From Nitrosomonadales bacterium (lineage in GTDB: Bacteria > Pseudomonadota > Gammaproteobacteria > Burkholderiales > Gallionellaceae): 64,000 bases of DNA. How positions within the stretch are numbered: position 1 is the stretch's first letter; every line of letters begins with the position of its first letter. Location: the NCBI GenBank assembly GCA_016223025.1, contig JACRPU010000021.1, positions 14,380 through 78,379 of the forward strand, given 5' to 3'. Below are positions 51,411 through 61,381 of this stretch, in pieces. Both the position numbers and the translations under genes were made by a program. The notes beneath the pieces are model-generated. The model was not told the origin of the DNA and did not search any database. It was given only the letters and a program-made list of their open reading frames with translations.

Positions 51411-51896
51411 CTATGCGCCTATCTTATTTTCTTCAAAAAATTGAATCAGATTTAGATGTCTGACGCGAAGTTCTTTACATACTTCCCCTAAGCCATAATC
51501 AGCAAGTTTCTTGGTTTCGCCAGACACAACCGTACAACCATCTACATTTCTAGCGAGCGCAATAACCCAAGGATCGGCACCAATCATGAATCTGTCTCGC
51601 TGCTTATTAACGAGAAAAACATCATTCCTTGCTTCAATCTCACCCACTATAGAGCCATATTCATGCTCGACCTCCTCGCTCATACGAAACATTTTGTCCG
51701 CGCGCAAGATGAAATCTTTTCGCCAGTCGTCAGCTTTCTTTTCTAGCTCGATTTTTACAAAATCGACGGAGATTATTCCGTTGTGATCTATGCCTTGGTA
51801 CAAGTGATCCCAAATTGGGGCAAAGACTGGCAAGTGCGCTGGGTAATGTCGCTCCCCTAAACTAACCAATGCTGAAGTGTCGAGGCAATATTTCAT
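51411..51896 (-). CDS. DUF4411 (PIN-like nuclease) protein
   Basis: 161 aa. MKYCLDTSALVSL... and GADPWVIALA motifs as I recall for DUF4411. Its start overlaps the upstream stop. Confidence 0.7.
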   Translation of the reverse strand: MKYCLDTSALVSLGERHYPAHLPVFAPIWDHLYQGIDHNGIISVDFVKIELEKKADDWRKDFILRADKMFRMSEEVEHEYGSIVGEIEARNDVFLVNKQRDRFMIGADPWVIALARNVDGCTVVSGETKKLADYGLGEVCKELRVRHLNLIQFFEENKIGA

Positions 51897-53053
51897 TAGC
51901 GCATATTTGAAAGTAGCCTATCGATTTTCTTCACCCTCAAATTGAGGATGTTTGAAGCATCGAACACATTAAGTAATCCAGTGGAGTAGGCCTCCAAAAC
52001 TGTATTAAACATGGGACGCCCCAAGTCTATGCGCATCAATATTTCTCTGGGTATCTTTACTTCTACTTTCTGGGTTGTGTGAGTTCTCTCATTTGCATTT
52101 TTCCGTAGTTCCAGAAGATGAGCCAGTTCTTGTTGGTTAATTAAATTAATTCTCTTTAGACATACGGCGGCTGTCGAATAGGTGACCTTAAAGATTTTTG
52201 AAAGGGCCTCCATTTTTTCAACCAAGTTCATACCCTGATAGTCAGCAAAATTAATCTTTTCTGACGGGACCAATATCTCGGCTGCGATTCGGTTGCAGCT
52301 TACTTCCAGTTGAGTTTCGGGTGAATTGATTGCGTCAATGATTTGAGCGCGAGCGTCATTTATTGCAGATTGGCCGATAAGCAAATGAGCATACTCATGT
52401 AGTAGTGTGAACAATCTTCGCTCATTAAAGTACCCCCCTCTCTTCAGAAGGATGATCGGACAGGACTCGTAAAAAATCGCGGCACCTATGACACCTGAAG
52501 CATCAGGGATGTATTGAGACTCGTAAACAAGGACGCCATCATTTTCAATTTTTTCTTTCCAGAATGCATACGCCTCATCGTAAGTTAAAGCGTCAATTTC
52601 CGCATCTAGTATGCCGAGTCGTTTTCGTACGATACTTCCAATATTTTTTTCGAGCTCAGCCACGGGGAGTAATTGGAATAGTTTTATTGGGACATCAAGT
52701 CTAATTGCTAAATCAATGAATACTTCCCTGCGATCACGACACTTTTTAATTTCAAGGTTTAATCTGTAATGGTCGGCACCAGCCAAGCCCGGTTCAATAC
52801 GGAAATCCGGCATTGGGGTGTACGTTTTTTCGCGAGGTGGTTTTGATAAATAGAAATAACCAAAAGGGAAATCAAATTTCTCCGCTGCTTTTCGGAGCTG
52901 ATTCAACGTCAAGGGCTTCTCACCAGATTCTGCCGCTTGAAGTGTTTCGACAGACACTCCTATAGCTTCGGCTGCTTGCTCAAGCGTATAGCCGACCTCT
53001 TCACGTGCCCAAATAAGCATCTTTGAGTTATTGCTTGTTCTGATGGTGGACAT
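51896..53053 (-). CDS. XRE-HTH fused to ImmA/IrrE (COG2856) zinc metallopeptidase
   Basis: N-terminal HTH (GYTLEQAAEAIGVSVETLQAAESG) and HEYAHLL HExxH motif. Low GC. Confidence 0.8.
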   Translation of the reverse strand: MSTIRTSNNSKMLIWAREEVGYTLEQAAEAIGVSVETLQAAESGEKPLTLNQLRKAAEKFDFPFGYFYLSKPPREKTYTPMPDFRIEPGLAGADHYRLNLEIKKCRDRREVFIDLAIRLDVPIKLFQLLPVAELEKNIGSIVRKRLGILDAEIDALTYDEAYAFWKEKIENDGVLVYESQYIPDASGVIGAAIFYESCPIILLKRGGYFNERRLFTLLHEYAHLLIGQSAINDARAQIIDAINSPETQLEVSCNRIAAEILVPSEKINFADYQGMNLVEKMEALSKIFKVTYSTAAVCLKRINLINQQELAHLLELRKNANERTHTTQKVEVKIPREILMRIDLGRPMFNTVLEAYSTGLLNVFDASNILNLRVKKIDRLLSNMR

Positions 53054-53076
53054 CGTGCGTAATTAACTTGATTTAT

Positions 53077-53175
53077 CTATAGCAGCAAAAGAGCAAAAGG
53101 GGCCAGGTTCGGGTTAAATGCATTCAGCCAACTGGCGAAGCGCCGGGGAAGTTGCGCATCGACCAGGAATTTCAT
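53077..53175 (-). pseudogene. Remnant (about the first 17 codons conserved) of a DUF5615/Mut7-C-type toxin gene
   Basis: The ATG overlaps the DUF433 stop (ATGA). MKFLVDAQLPRRFASWL matches the usual DUF5615 start, then diverges and stops after 32 codons, exactly where the GC content drops. Confidence 0.5.
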
Positions 53176-53396
53176 GCTGCCAGGCGTTCAAGCCGTTTTA
53201 CATGGGTCAGTCGCGCGGCGTAGGAAAGCGCCGCCAGGATGTCTTCGCGTTCCAGGTCTTCATAGTCTTTCAGGATTTCTTCTGTGGTCATGCCGCTGGC
53301 CAGCCACTCCAGCACGTTTTCCACCGGATAGCGCAGGCCGCGTATGCAGGGTTTGCCGTGGCATACGCCGGGATCGATAGTGATGCGGTCGCTCAT
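53172..53396 (-). CDS. DUF433 antitoxin-like protein
   Basis: 74 aa. ITIDPGVCHGKPCIRGLRYPVENVLEWLASGMTTEEIL is the DUF433 signature. Confidence 0.8.
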   Translation of the reverse strand: MSDRITIDPGVCHGKPCIRGLRYPVENVLEWLASGMTTEEILKDYEDLEREDILAALSYAARLTHVKRLERLAA

Positions 53397-53459
53397 TGCT
53401 GCCTCCTGCTCGTAAATTTACGGAAGAATCTTACACCAGCTTGTATCTGAGGGAGTGGC

Positions 53460-53503
53460 TTTCCCCCTCTCCCCAGCCCTCTCCCGCGAGGGGAGAGGGG
53501 GTG
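53460..53503. repeat. Palindromic repeat, family B-type hairpin (stand-alone)
   Basis: CCCCCTCTCCCCAGCCCTCTCCCGCGAGGGGAGAGGGGGTG. The same CTCTCCC-loop-GGGAGAG core occurs inside the family B elements and at 38330-38372 and 59541-59588. Confidence 0.75.
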
Positions 53504-53511
53504 TGCAGAGG

Positions 53512-55176
<1,665 letters not shown>

Positions 55177-55287
55177 GGTTGTCTGGTTGGGTGCTATTAA
55201 AAGGGGCGCAAGCTTAACCTATAGCGCCGGACTTGGGGAGAGCGGGCCTTGTCCAATGCAGGGCTAATTTGTTCTTCAGAGAATTAT

Positions 55288-55428
55288 GGGCACCTCTAAA
55301 AATCCAAATTTCGTCGCAATACTGCGTTGCTCACAAAAAATTACTCCTTACATATCACACATATGCCGCGTCGTAATTTTTTGCTCGCGCCTTGTCTTGC
55401 TTAGAACTTTGAATTTTTAGAGGTACCC
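55288..55428. repeat. AT-rich element with about 23 bp terminal inverted repeats and an internal imperfect palindrome
   Basis: GGGCACCTCTAAAAATCCAAATT ... AACTTTGAATTTTTAGAGGTACCC. Inner pair CACAAAAAATTAC / GTAATTTTTTGCT. Confidence 0.5.
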
Positions 55429-55578
55429 TTATTAACAAAACCCAACAACGCGCCGCCTGGGCAACATCTCACAAATCACCTTCGTCCAGTGCTCATGTCC
55501 GGATTGGAAAATATTGAGCAAGCCGCCAACGCGCATGGCAAAAAGTCGCCCTGCCCGCGCATCAGCGGGGCTACCGGG

Positions 55579-55680
55579 TTATTTTCCTTCTTTCTTGGCT
55601 TTCTTTTCCGCCTTCTTTTCTTTCGCGGTCTTGACCGGTTGCTTTTTGGTTTCCTTCTTGGTGTCCTGGCTCTTACCCAT
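55579..55680 (-). CDS. Possible small lysine-rich protein (33 aa)
   Basis: AAGGAG RBS 7 nt before the ATG. MGKSQDTKKETKKQPVKTAKEKKAEKKAKKEGK. No homology check was possible. Confidence 0.3.
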   Translation of the reverse strand: MGKSQDTKKETKKQPVKTAKEKKAEKKAKKEGK

Positions 55681-56118
55681 AATTGCCGCTCCTTAAGATG
55701 TTGGTTTACAAAACTACCCCGACCCACGATTCAACGTTCAAACAACAACGTTGCAGGCAGGCATCCTACCCGCATGAATCGCGCTTTTCAATTCCCGCAA
55801 TGCACAGCCTCAATTGATGCGCCTCCTTCGTCGGCACATCCTACGCAACTACCGGCGCCCTTTCCTTCCGCCACAGCGGCGCACGCAACCGGATACCGCC
55901 AACCGGGCTGGCGCGCTCGCCGATATACACCACGCCGACACCCGCATCCAGCAGCGTCCTCAAATGGCGCACCGCCTGGTTTGCCGGAAAGCCGCCCTTC
56001 GCCCAGCGCCGGTTTCTGCGCATCGCATCCAGCCCCCGTAAGGCGAGATCGGTAGCGGGTAACCCGGATGTCAAGCAGTGAAATCCGGGAGCGCCCGGAC
56101 GGGCGCATGGGTTTATCC

Positions 56119-56280
56119 TAAAAACCTCAATTCAAGCCACAGAGAACACAGAGGTCACAGAGAAATCAGCGGTACTACACGTTTTTATGGCACACCAAAA
56201 AGGTGAATCAATTTCTTGGTTCAACCGTTTGTTTTTACTCTGTGATCTCTGTGTTCTCTGTGGCTGACAGAGTTTTTAAG
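56119..56280. mobile_element. 162 bp MITE with long TIRs, flanked by an 8 bp direct repeat GTTTATCC
   Basis: TIR core CCACAGAGAACACAGAGGTCACAGAG (56137-56162) versus its reverse complement at 56238-56263 with one mismatch. Outer ends TAAAAACCTC / GAGTTTTTAAG. GTTTATCC is present at 56111-56118 and 56281-56288. Confidence 0.7.
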
Positions 56281-57128
56281 GTTTATCCATATGCCAGGAA
56301 ATCCCCGGATTTCGCTGTGCTTCGCGTAAATTTCATAATCCCGGAATCCGCTGCGCTTCTTCCGGGCTACGCTGGCTTGCGGGCTTTTCACAACCGAAAC
56401 CGGGTTGAGCCAGAGCCAAAGTTTTCTGCGCCGCGCCGTAAAGCCCAGCACGCCCAGCCCGGCCAGCAGCATCGCAACCATTTCCGGTTCGGGAACGGCG
56501 GCGACAACGGATTGTCCGGGGCGCACAGCCCACGCGAACATATTGAAGTTCTTGTTGTACGCGTCCTGGTAACCGTAGCCCGTATAGAAGCCCCACGCGC
56601 TGTAGGTATTCGGCGCGTACTCCGTACCGGACCAGTAGGGGTAGGACTGAACGTTGCTGAAGGGGCCGGTGTTGGTCAGGCCCCAGCCTGCTTGCGGATA
56701 GGCGCCAGATGTACTGACATATCCCAAGTTGCCCAGATCACTGTACCACAGGTGAGCCATTTCTCCGGTCGAGGCAGTGTTATAGCCATGGTCACCCGTG
56801 CCATCATACCAACTACCCGAAATGCCCGGCGCGCCGGTATCGGTCACGGTGGGCAGGCGCCAGTCGTTAAAGCCCAGGTAGTTGGCGCTGTTCATCGCGC
56901 CGATCCAGTTTTGCGCGGTGTTCCAGTTCATGTAGCCAGCCGGGGTGATCCGCTCACGCCGAAGGTGTTGCTGGCGGCCAGGTTGGCGTTTTGCAGCCAG
57001 GTGAGGTTGAGGTCGGAATCGTACACGCCCTGGCCGCCGAGAGTCAGGGTCAGGGCGGCGTGGGCGGTGGCGGCAGAAAGCAGGCCGGCGCCGAGGGCAA
57101 TAGCAAGCAGAGTTTTCTTGGTTTTCAT
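56221..57128 (-). pseudogene. Secreted DUF1566-like protein with PEP-CTERM anchor, frameshifted near 56950 and with a read-through tail
   Basis: Signal peptide MKTKKTLLAIALGAGLLSAATAHA. ...NTFGVSG in one frame continues as ITPAGYMNWNTAQNWIGAMN...FNDWRLPT in another. VPEPEMVAMLLAGLGVLGFTARRRK is the PEP-CTERM motif, and about 60 extra codons run into repeats. Confidence 0.75.
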
Positions 57129-57347
57129 TTTTCCTCCGTGGTTGAGCGGGTCGGTTTCAAGTTGCATGGCATAGCAGGGCAAACCGGTGGCACCTGTTCG
57201 CGCGCTTTATACCAAGCTTTCCCGGCTTTGGATACTGTACTGTGGGACAGGTGGGCGGAATGCAAGAAGGGGCGCGGCTTTCGCCCATCAAATACCGTTA
57301 CAGCCACGAAAAACGCGGAACATGGCGGGGCAGGGTAGGGTGATTGC

Positions 57348-59978
57348 CTACGTGGATTGCAGCGCCCGCAATGGCGGCATTTGCTCCATGCGCCGCGTGG
57401 CCAGCCAGCCCGCCAGCGTCACGACTAGGATACCGCCGCCCACACCGGCCAGCCAGATCATTGCGCTGAAGCGATACGGGATTTCCAGCACATGATGCGC
57501 CAGCACCCAGCCCAGCGCCACTGCGCCCGCTGCCGCGAACAACCCGCTCAATGCGCCCAGCACGGCAAACTCGGCCAGATGCAGCCGCCGCAGGTAGCGG
57601 CTGTCCGCCCCCAGCGTGCGCAGGATGGCGGCCTGCTGGATGCGCTCGTCCTGCGTGGCAAGCAGCGCGGCATACAGCACCGCAAGGCCGCTCAACAAGG
57701 TGAACAGGAATATCACGCTGACGGCCTGCGCGATCTGCTCCATGATGCCGCGCACCTGCTCGATCATCGCGCCGGTGTCTATCACCAGCAGGTTGGGGAA
57801 TTCCCGCACCAACTGGTCGCCTGCGCGCACCCTGTCAGGCGGCAGGTAAAAACTGGTGATATAACTGGCCGGAAAATCCCTGAGCAACTCCGGCGTGGAG
57901 ATCACGAAAAAATTCACCCGCATCGAATCCCATTGCACCTTGCGCAGATTGGAAACGCGCGCGGTAAAGCGGTTGCCCGCCACGTCGTAGATGAGTTCAT
58001 CGCCCAGGCGGATACCGAGCCGGTCGGCGATACCTTCCTCGACGGAAAGCTCCTTGCGCTCGCTTGGGGTTTCGTCATTCCGGAGAAGGCCGGAATCCAG
58101 TGTTTGTAATGAACTGGACACCGGCCTTCGCCGGTGTGGCGATATATCTGTATCCGCACTTTGAGGTATCCACCAACTGCCGCTCACCAGCTCGTTCCAC
58201 TCCGGCATCTTTTCGGCATAAGACAGATTGAATTCGCGCTCCACCAGATCTCGCGCGTGCGGGTCGGCATAACTGTCGCCATTGATGGCCGCAGCATTGA
58301 TGGCGATCAATCGCCCGCGCACCATCGGCAGCAACTGCGGCTGCGGCATGGGCTGGCGCGCGAAAAAGTCCAGCAGCGGCTGCCGCTGATCCGGCTGGAT
58401 GTTCACGATGAAGCGGTTTGGCGTATCCGGCGGCAGCTTGCCCTGCCAGCTTTGCAGCAGATCGCCGCGCACCAGCGTCAGCAACAGCAGCGCCATGCCG
58501 CCCAAGCCGAGCGCCACCACTTGCAGGGCGGAGCCGCGCCCGTGCCGCACCAGGTTGTTGAGCGCATGTCGCACCTGCGCCGGAAAGCGGAACGAATAGC
58601 GCGCCAGCCCATGCAGCAGCAGCCAGGCCAGCAGGCCGAAGCACAACAGCCCCGCGAGCAGCCCGCCCAGCATCGCGAATCCCAGCCTGGCCGAGCCGGA
58701 ATGCCACAGGAACAATCCCGCCAGCACCAGCACGGCAAGGCCCCAGGCCAGTACGGCGTTTGGCTGCGGCGCACCCAGCTCACGGCGCAGCACGCGCAGC
58801 GGCGACACCCTGCGCAATTGCAGCAGCGGCAAAAAAGCAAAACCGAGCAGCAGCGCAAAGCCGCTGGCCGCGCTCTTGATCGCGGGCAGCACGGAAGGCT
58901 GCGGCAGCTCCGCATCGCGCACCGACTCGATGAATCCGGCCAGCAACGCCTGCGTGACATAGCCCAGCGCACAGCCGAGCAGAACCGCGACCGCGCCGAG
59001 CAGCAGGAACTGGTACAGGAACAGGCGCAACACCTGCCCCTGCTGCGCGCCGAGGCAGCGCATCACCGCGCAGGTATCCAGATGGCGCAGCACGAAACGC
59101 CGCGCCGCCAGCGCCAGCGCCGCACCCGCGAGGATCGCCGCGGTCAGCGCGGCCAGCCCGAGGAAATGCTCGGCACGTTCCAGTGCGCTGCGTATTTCGG
59201 GGCGCGCATCGCGCACGTCTTCCAGCTTCTCGCCATTTGAAAGTTCCGGCTTCAACTCGTCGTGCAACGCCTCGATCTGCCGCACTTCGCCCGCCACCAT
59301 CAGGCGGTAAACGATGCGGCTGCCTTCCTGCAGCAGGCCCGTCGCGGCGAGGTCGTCGCCGTGCATCAGCACGCGCGGCGCGAAGCTGTAGAAGCCGACT
59401 GCCCGGTCAATGTCGCGCACGATGCGCGCCGCCACCGTGAAGCGCTGCGTGCCGATGCCGACCTCGTCACCGACGCGCACATCCAGCCGGCGCAGCAGCC
59501 GCCCGTCCACCCACACCGTGCCGCGCAGGGGATTGCCCCCGCTTACTCCCTCCCCCTTGACGGGGGAGGGCTGGGGTAGGGGTGAAAGCGTTGAGTGCGC
59601 ATCCCCTCCTTTACCATCGTCAACCACTATTTTGCCGCGCAGCGGATAGCCCGCCTCGACCGCCTGAATCTCGGAGAGCAAGGTCTGCTCGCCATGCGCC
59701 ACCATGCTCAGAAATGCGCGGCTCTCCACCGTGCGCAGCCCGCGCGCCTGTGCCGCAGCACGGTATGCAGGCGGCAACGGGCGCGCCGAGACGATGCGCA
59801 AGTCTGCCCCGATCAGGCTGGTCGCCTCCTGTTGCAGCGCCTGCCGCACGCGGTCGGCGAACAGCCCGACAGTGGCGATACTGCCCACCGCCAGCACCAG
59901 CGCCACGAGCAGCACGCGCCACTCCCCGGCGCGCCAGTCGCGGCGCATAAGGCTGAGGGAGAGGCGGAAGAGGTTCAT
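57348..59978 (-). CDS. FtsX-family ABC transporter permease (YbbP-like, duplicated FtsX domains)
   Basis: 876 aa with 10 or so TM segments and two large periplasmic loops. No ATPase gene is adjacent. Confidence 0.85.
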   Translation of the reverse strand: MNLFRLSLSLMRRDWRAGEWRVLLVALVLAVGSIATVGLFADRVRQALQQEATSLIGADLRIVSARPLPPAYRAAAQARGLRTVESRAFLSMVAHGEQTLLSEIQAVEAGYPLRGKIVVDDGKGGDAHSTLSPLPQPSPVKGEGVSGGNPLRGTVWVDGRLLRRLDVRVGDEVGIGTQRFTVAARIVRDIDRAVGFYSFAPRVLMHGDDLAATGLLQEGSRIVYRLMVAGEVRQIEALHDELKPELSNGEKLEDVRDARPEIRSALERAEHFLGLAALTAAILAGAALALAARRFVLRHLDTCAVMRCLGAQQGQVLRLFLYQFLLLGAVAVLLGCALGYVTQALLAGFIESVRDAELPQPSVLPAIKSAASGFALLLGFAFLPLLQLRRVSPLRVLRRELGAPQPNAVLAWGLAVLVLAGLFLWHSGSARLGFAMLGGLLAGLLCFGLLAWLLLHGLARYSFRFPAQVRHALNNLVRHGRGSALQVVALGLGGMALLLLTLVRGDLLQSWQGKLPPDTPNRFIVNIQPDQRQPLLDFFARQPMPQPQLLPMVRGRLIAINAAAINGDSYADPHARDLVEREFNLSYAEKMPEWNELVSGSWWIPQSADTDISPHRRRPVSSSLQTLDSGLLRNDETPSERKELSVEEGIADRLGIRLGDELIYDVAGNRFTARVSNLRKVQWDSMRVNFFVISTPELLRDFPASYITSFYLPPDRVRAGDQLVREFPNLLVIDTGAMIEQVRGIMEQIAQAVSVIFLFTLLSGLAVLYAALLATQDERIQQAAILRTLGADSRYLRRLHLAEFAVLGALSGLFAAAGAVALGWVLAHHVLEIPYRFSAMIWLAGVGGGILVVTLAGWLATRRMEQMPPLRALQST
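58073..58140. repeat. Family C double hairpin, in-frame inside the permease ORF
   Basis: CGTCATTCCGGAGAAGGCCGGAATCCAGTG...TGGACACCGGCCTTCGCCGGTGTGGC, translated as SPHRRRPVSSSLQTLDSGLLRNDE. Confidence 0.8.
59541..59588. repeat. Family B-type palindrome, in-frame inside the permease ORF
   Basis: CTCCCTCCCCCTTGACGGGGGAGGGCTGGGGTAGGGGTGA, translated as SPLPQPSPVKGEGVSGG. Confidence 0.8.
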
Positions 59979-60265
59979 TTGAGCAGAACGATCATGGCGC
60001 AGGCCACCCCGAATGATGAGGAGAGGGGTGCGGTATGCCCTCGCTGCGCGAGGTTCACGTTACAACCCGGCCTCTACCACCGGTGGCGGCGGGGTTAAAA
60101 AGGCGCTTCTGATTTACAAAACGACCGTTCGCACCGAGGTTGCGGAGCGCGATTTACACATTTTTGAAATACCGCCCGAACCAGCTTGCCAACCCCCTCC
60201 GGCGCCCCCTGATGCGGAGCGCGGGAAGCCCGCGTAATTGCGCGGTTTTCCTGTTTCCTGCGCGG

Positions 60266-61159
60266 CTATCTCCTGCCCGCCATTACTGCTTCGTTGTGCG
60301 CCAGCATTTGCTCCATCAGCGCCAGCATCGCGTTCATGTGGCGGCCCGCCATACCCTTCATCGGTTGCCCTGCGCCGCTCATCTTGTGATCGCACTTCAT
60401 GCCGCTACCCATCCTGTGGCCGCACTTCGCGCCGTCACCGCCCATGCAGCAGCCCTTCATGCCGCCCATCCTGTGATCGCACCTCATGGGGTCTATCGTG
60501 GAACTCTGCCCGGAAGAAGAGGGCGCTTCCATCTGCTCCTTGTCCAGCAGATCCATGCCGCATTTCTGGCAGATACCCGGATGATCCTGGACAACATCGG
60601 GATGCATCGGGCATGTCCAGAGCTTCTTTGCAGAGCCGGCCGGGGCATCGCCGGAACCGGCTGCCTGATCGGGGTTGGATCGGGCAACAGCAGCGGCGTC
60701 AGCGTTGCCCTCATGCTGGCCGGACAGAGGCATCTTCATGTGGTCGCACTTCATGCCCGTCATATTTCCGCCCATCTTGCCGGCGCCCGCCCTGTTGCCG
60801 CTCATCATGCGGCCTGCCATGGGGCCGGACGGGGCTAGCCCCACCGCCATTTCAGCCATCATTTCGCGCAATATCCCGATGCTGTCGCGCATGCTTTTAT
60901 TGTGTTCCTGCAGGAGCTTCTGACGTTTCTTCTGATCCCTGGTCTGGTTGATCTGCGCCATTTGCGCGCGCATTTTCTGCAATGATTGCTGCAACATGTT
61001 CTCGTGGTCGCACATCATTTCAGCCGGTGCAGCCGTATCTTCCGGGGCTGCCTGTGCGGTGCTGCCGCTGTCGTGGGCATGCTCGGCAAAGGATGGTCGG
61101 GCAAACAGCACAACGGCAGCAAGGGCAAGCGCGGATAAAACAAGTTTCTTCATTTTCAT
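60266..61159 (-). CDS. Periplasmic Met/His/Cys-rich protein with a heavy-metal-binding (HMBD/YHS-like) motif
   Basis: Signal peptide MKMKKLVLSALALAAVVLFARPSFA. WTCPMHPDVVQDHPGICQKCGMDL. Five (M/K/R)C(D/G)H repeats (MMCDH, MKCDH, MRCDH, AKCGH, MKCDH) and many Met. Confidence 0.7.
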   Translation of the reverse strand: MKMKKLVLSALALAAVVLFARPSFAEHAHDSGSTAQAAPEDTAAPAEMMCDHENMLQQSLQKMRAQMAQINQTRDQKKRQKLLQEHNKSMRDSIGILREMMAEMAVGLAPSGPMAGRMMSGNRAGAGKMGGNMTGMKCDHMKMPLSGQHEGNADAAAVARSNPDQAAGSGDAPAGSAKKLWTCPMHPDVVQDHPGICQKCGMDLLDKEQMEAPSSSGQSSTIDPMRCDHRMGGMKGCCMGGDGAKCGHRMGSGMKCDHKMSGAGQPMKGMAGRHMNAMLALMEQMLAHNEAVMAGRR

Positions 61160-61252
61160 TTCTCCAGATTAACGAAGGGGTTTGTCGCCAATTGCAAGGT
61201 AAAGAAGGGGGTGCGGGTTTGCGGGAAGCGGGAGTTTACCGGATAAGGCCTG

Positions 61253-61378
61253 TTAACGTGAAGCTCGCGCAGCGAGGGCTTCGCCCTCGCTCCCTCTGGG
61301 AGAGAGTAGAGTGAGGGAACGGGCGTGCCGAGTTTCATAAGCAGGGGTGGCTACTCGCCATGCCCGTTCGGATTGCGC
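61253..61378 (+). mobile_element. Family B element, full copy 4
   Basis: TTAACGTGAAGCTCGCGCAGCGAGGGCTTCGCCCTCGCTCCCTCTGGGAGAGAGTAGAGTGAGGGAACGGGCGTGCCGAGTTTCATAAGCAGGGGTGGCTACTCGCCATGCCCGTT. Ends 3 nt from the msrB stop. Confidence 0.8.
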
Positions 61379-61381
61379 GAT

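Noticed and set aside
50587-53104. GGCCCCTTTT motifs (50587 and 50647 direct, 53095 inverted) as terminal repeats of the AT-rich islet.
   Set aside because: Only 10 bp match, with weak extension. No transposase or integrase is present. I kept it as a note within the islet finding, not as a feature.
55476-55727. 83 aa ORF (MGRGSFVNQHLKERQLWVRARTPRRKPKS...).
   Set aside because: Arg/Lys-rich translation of a purine-rich tract in the wrong frame. The 33 aa Lys-rich ORF with a proper RBS in the same region is a better, though still weak, candidate.
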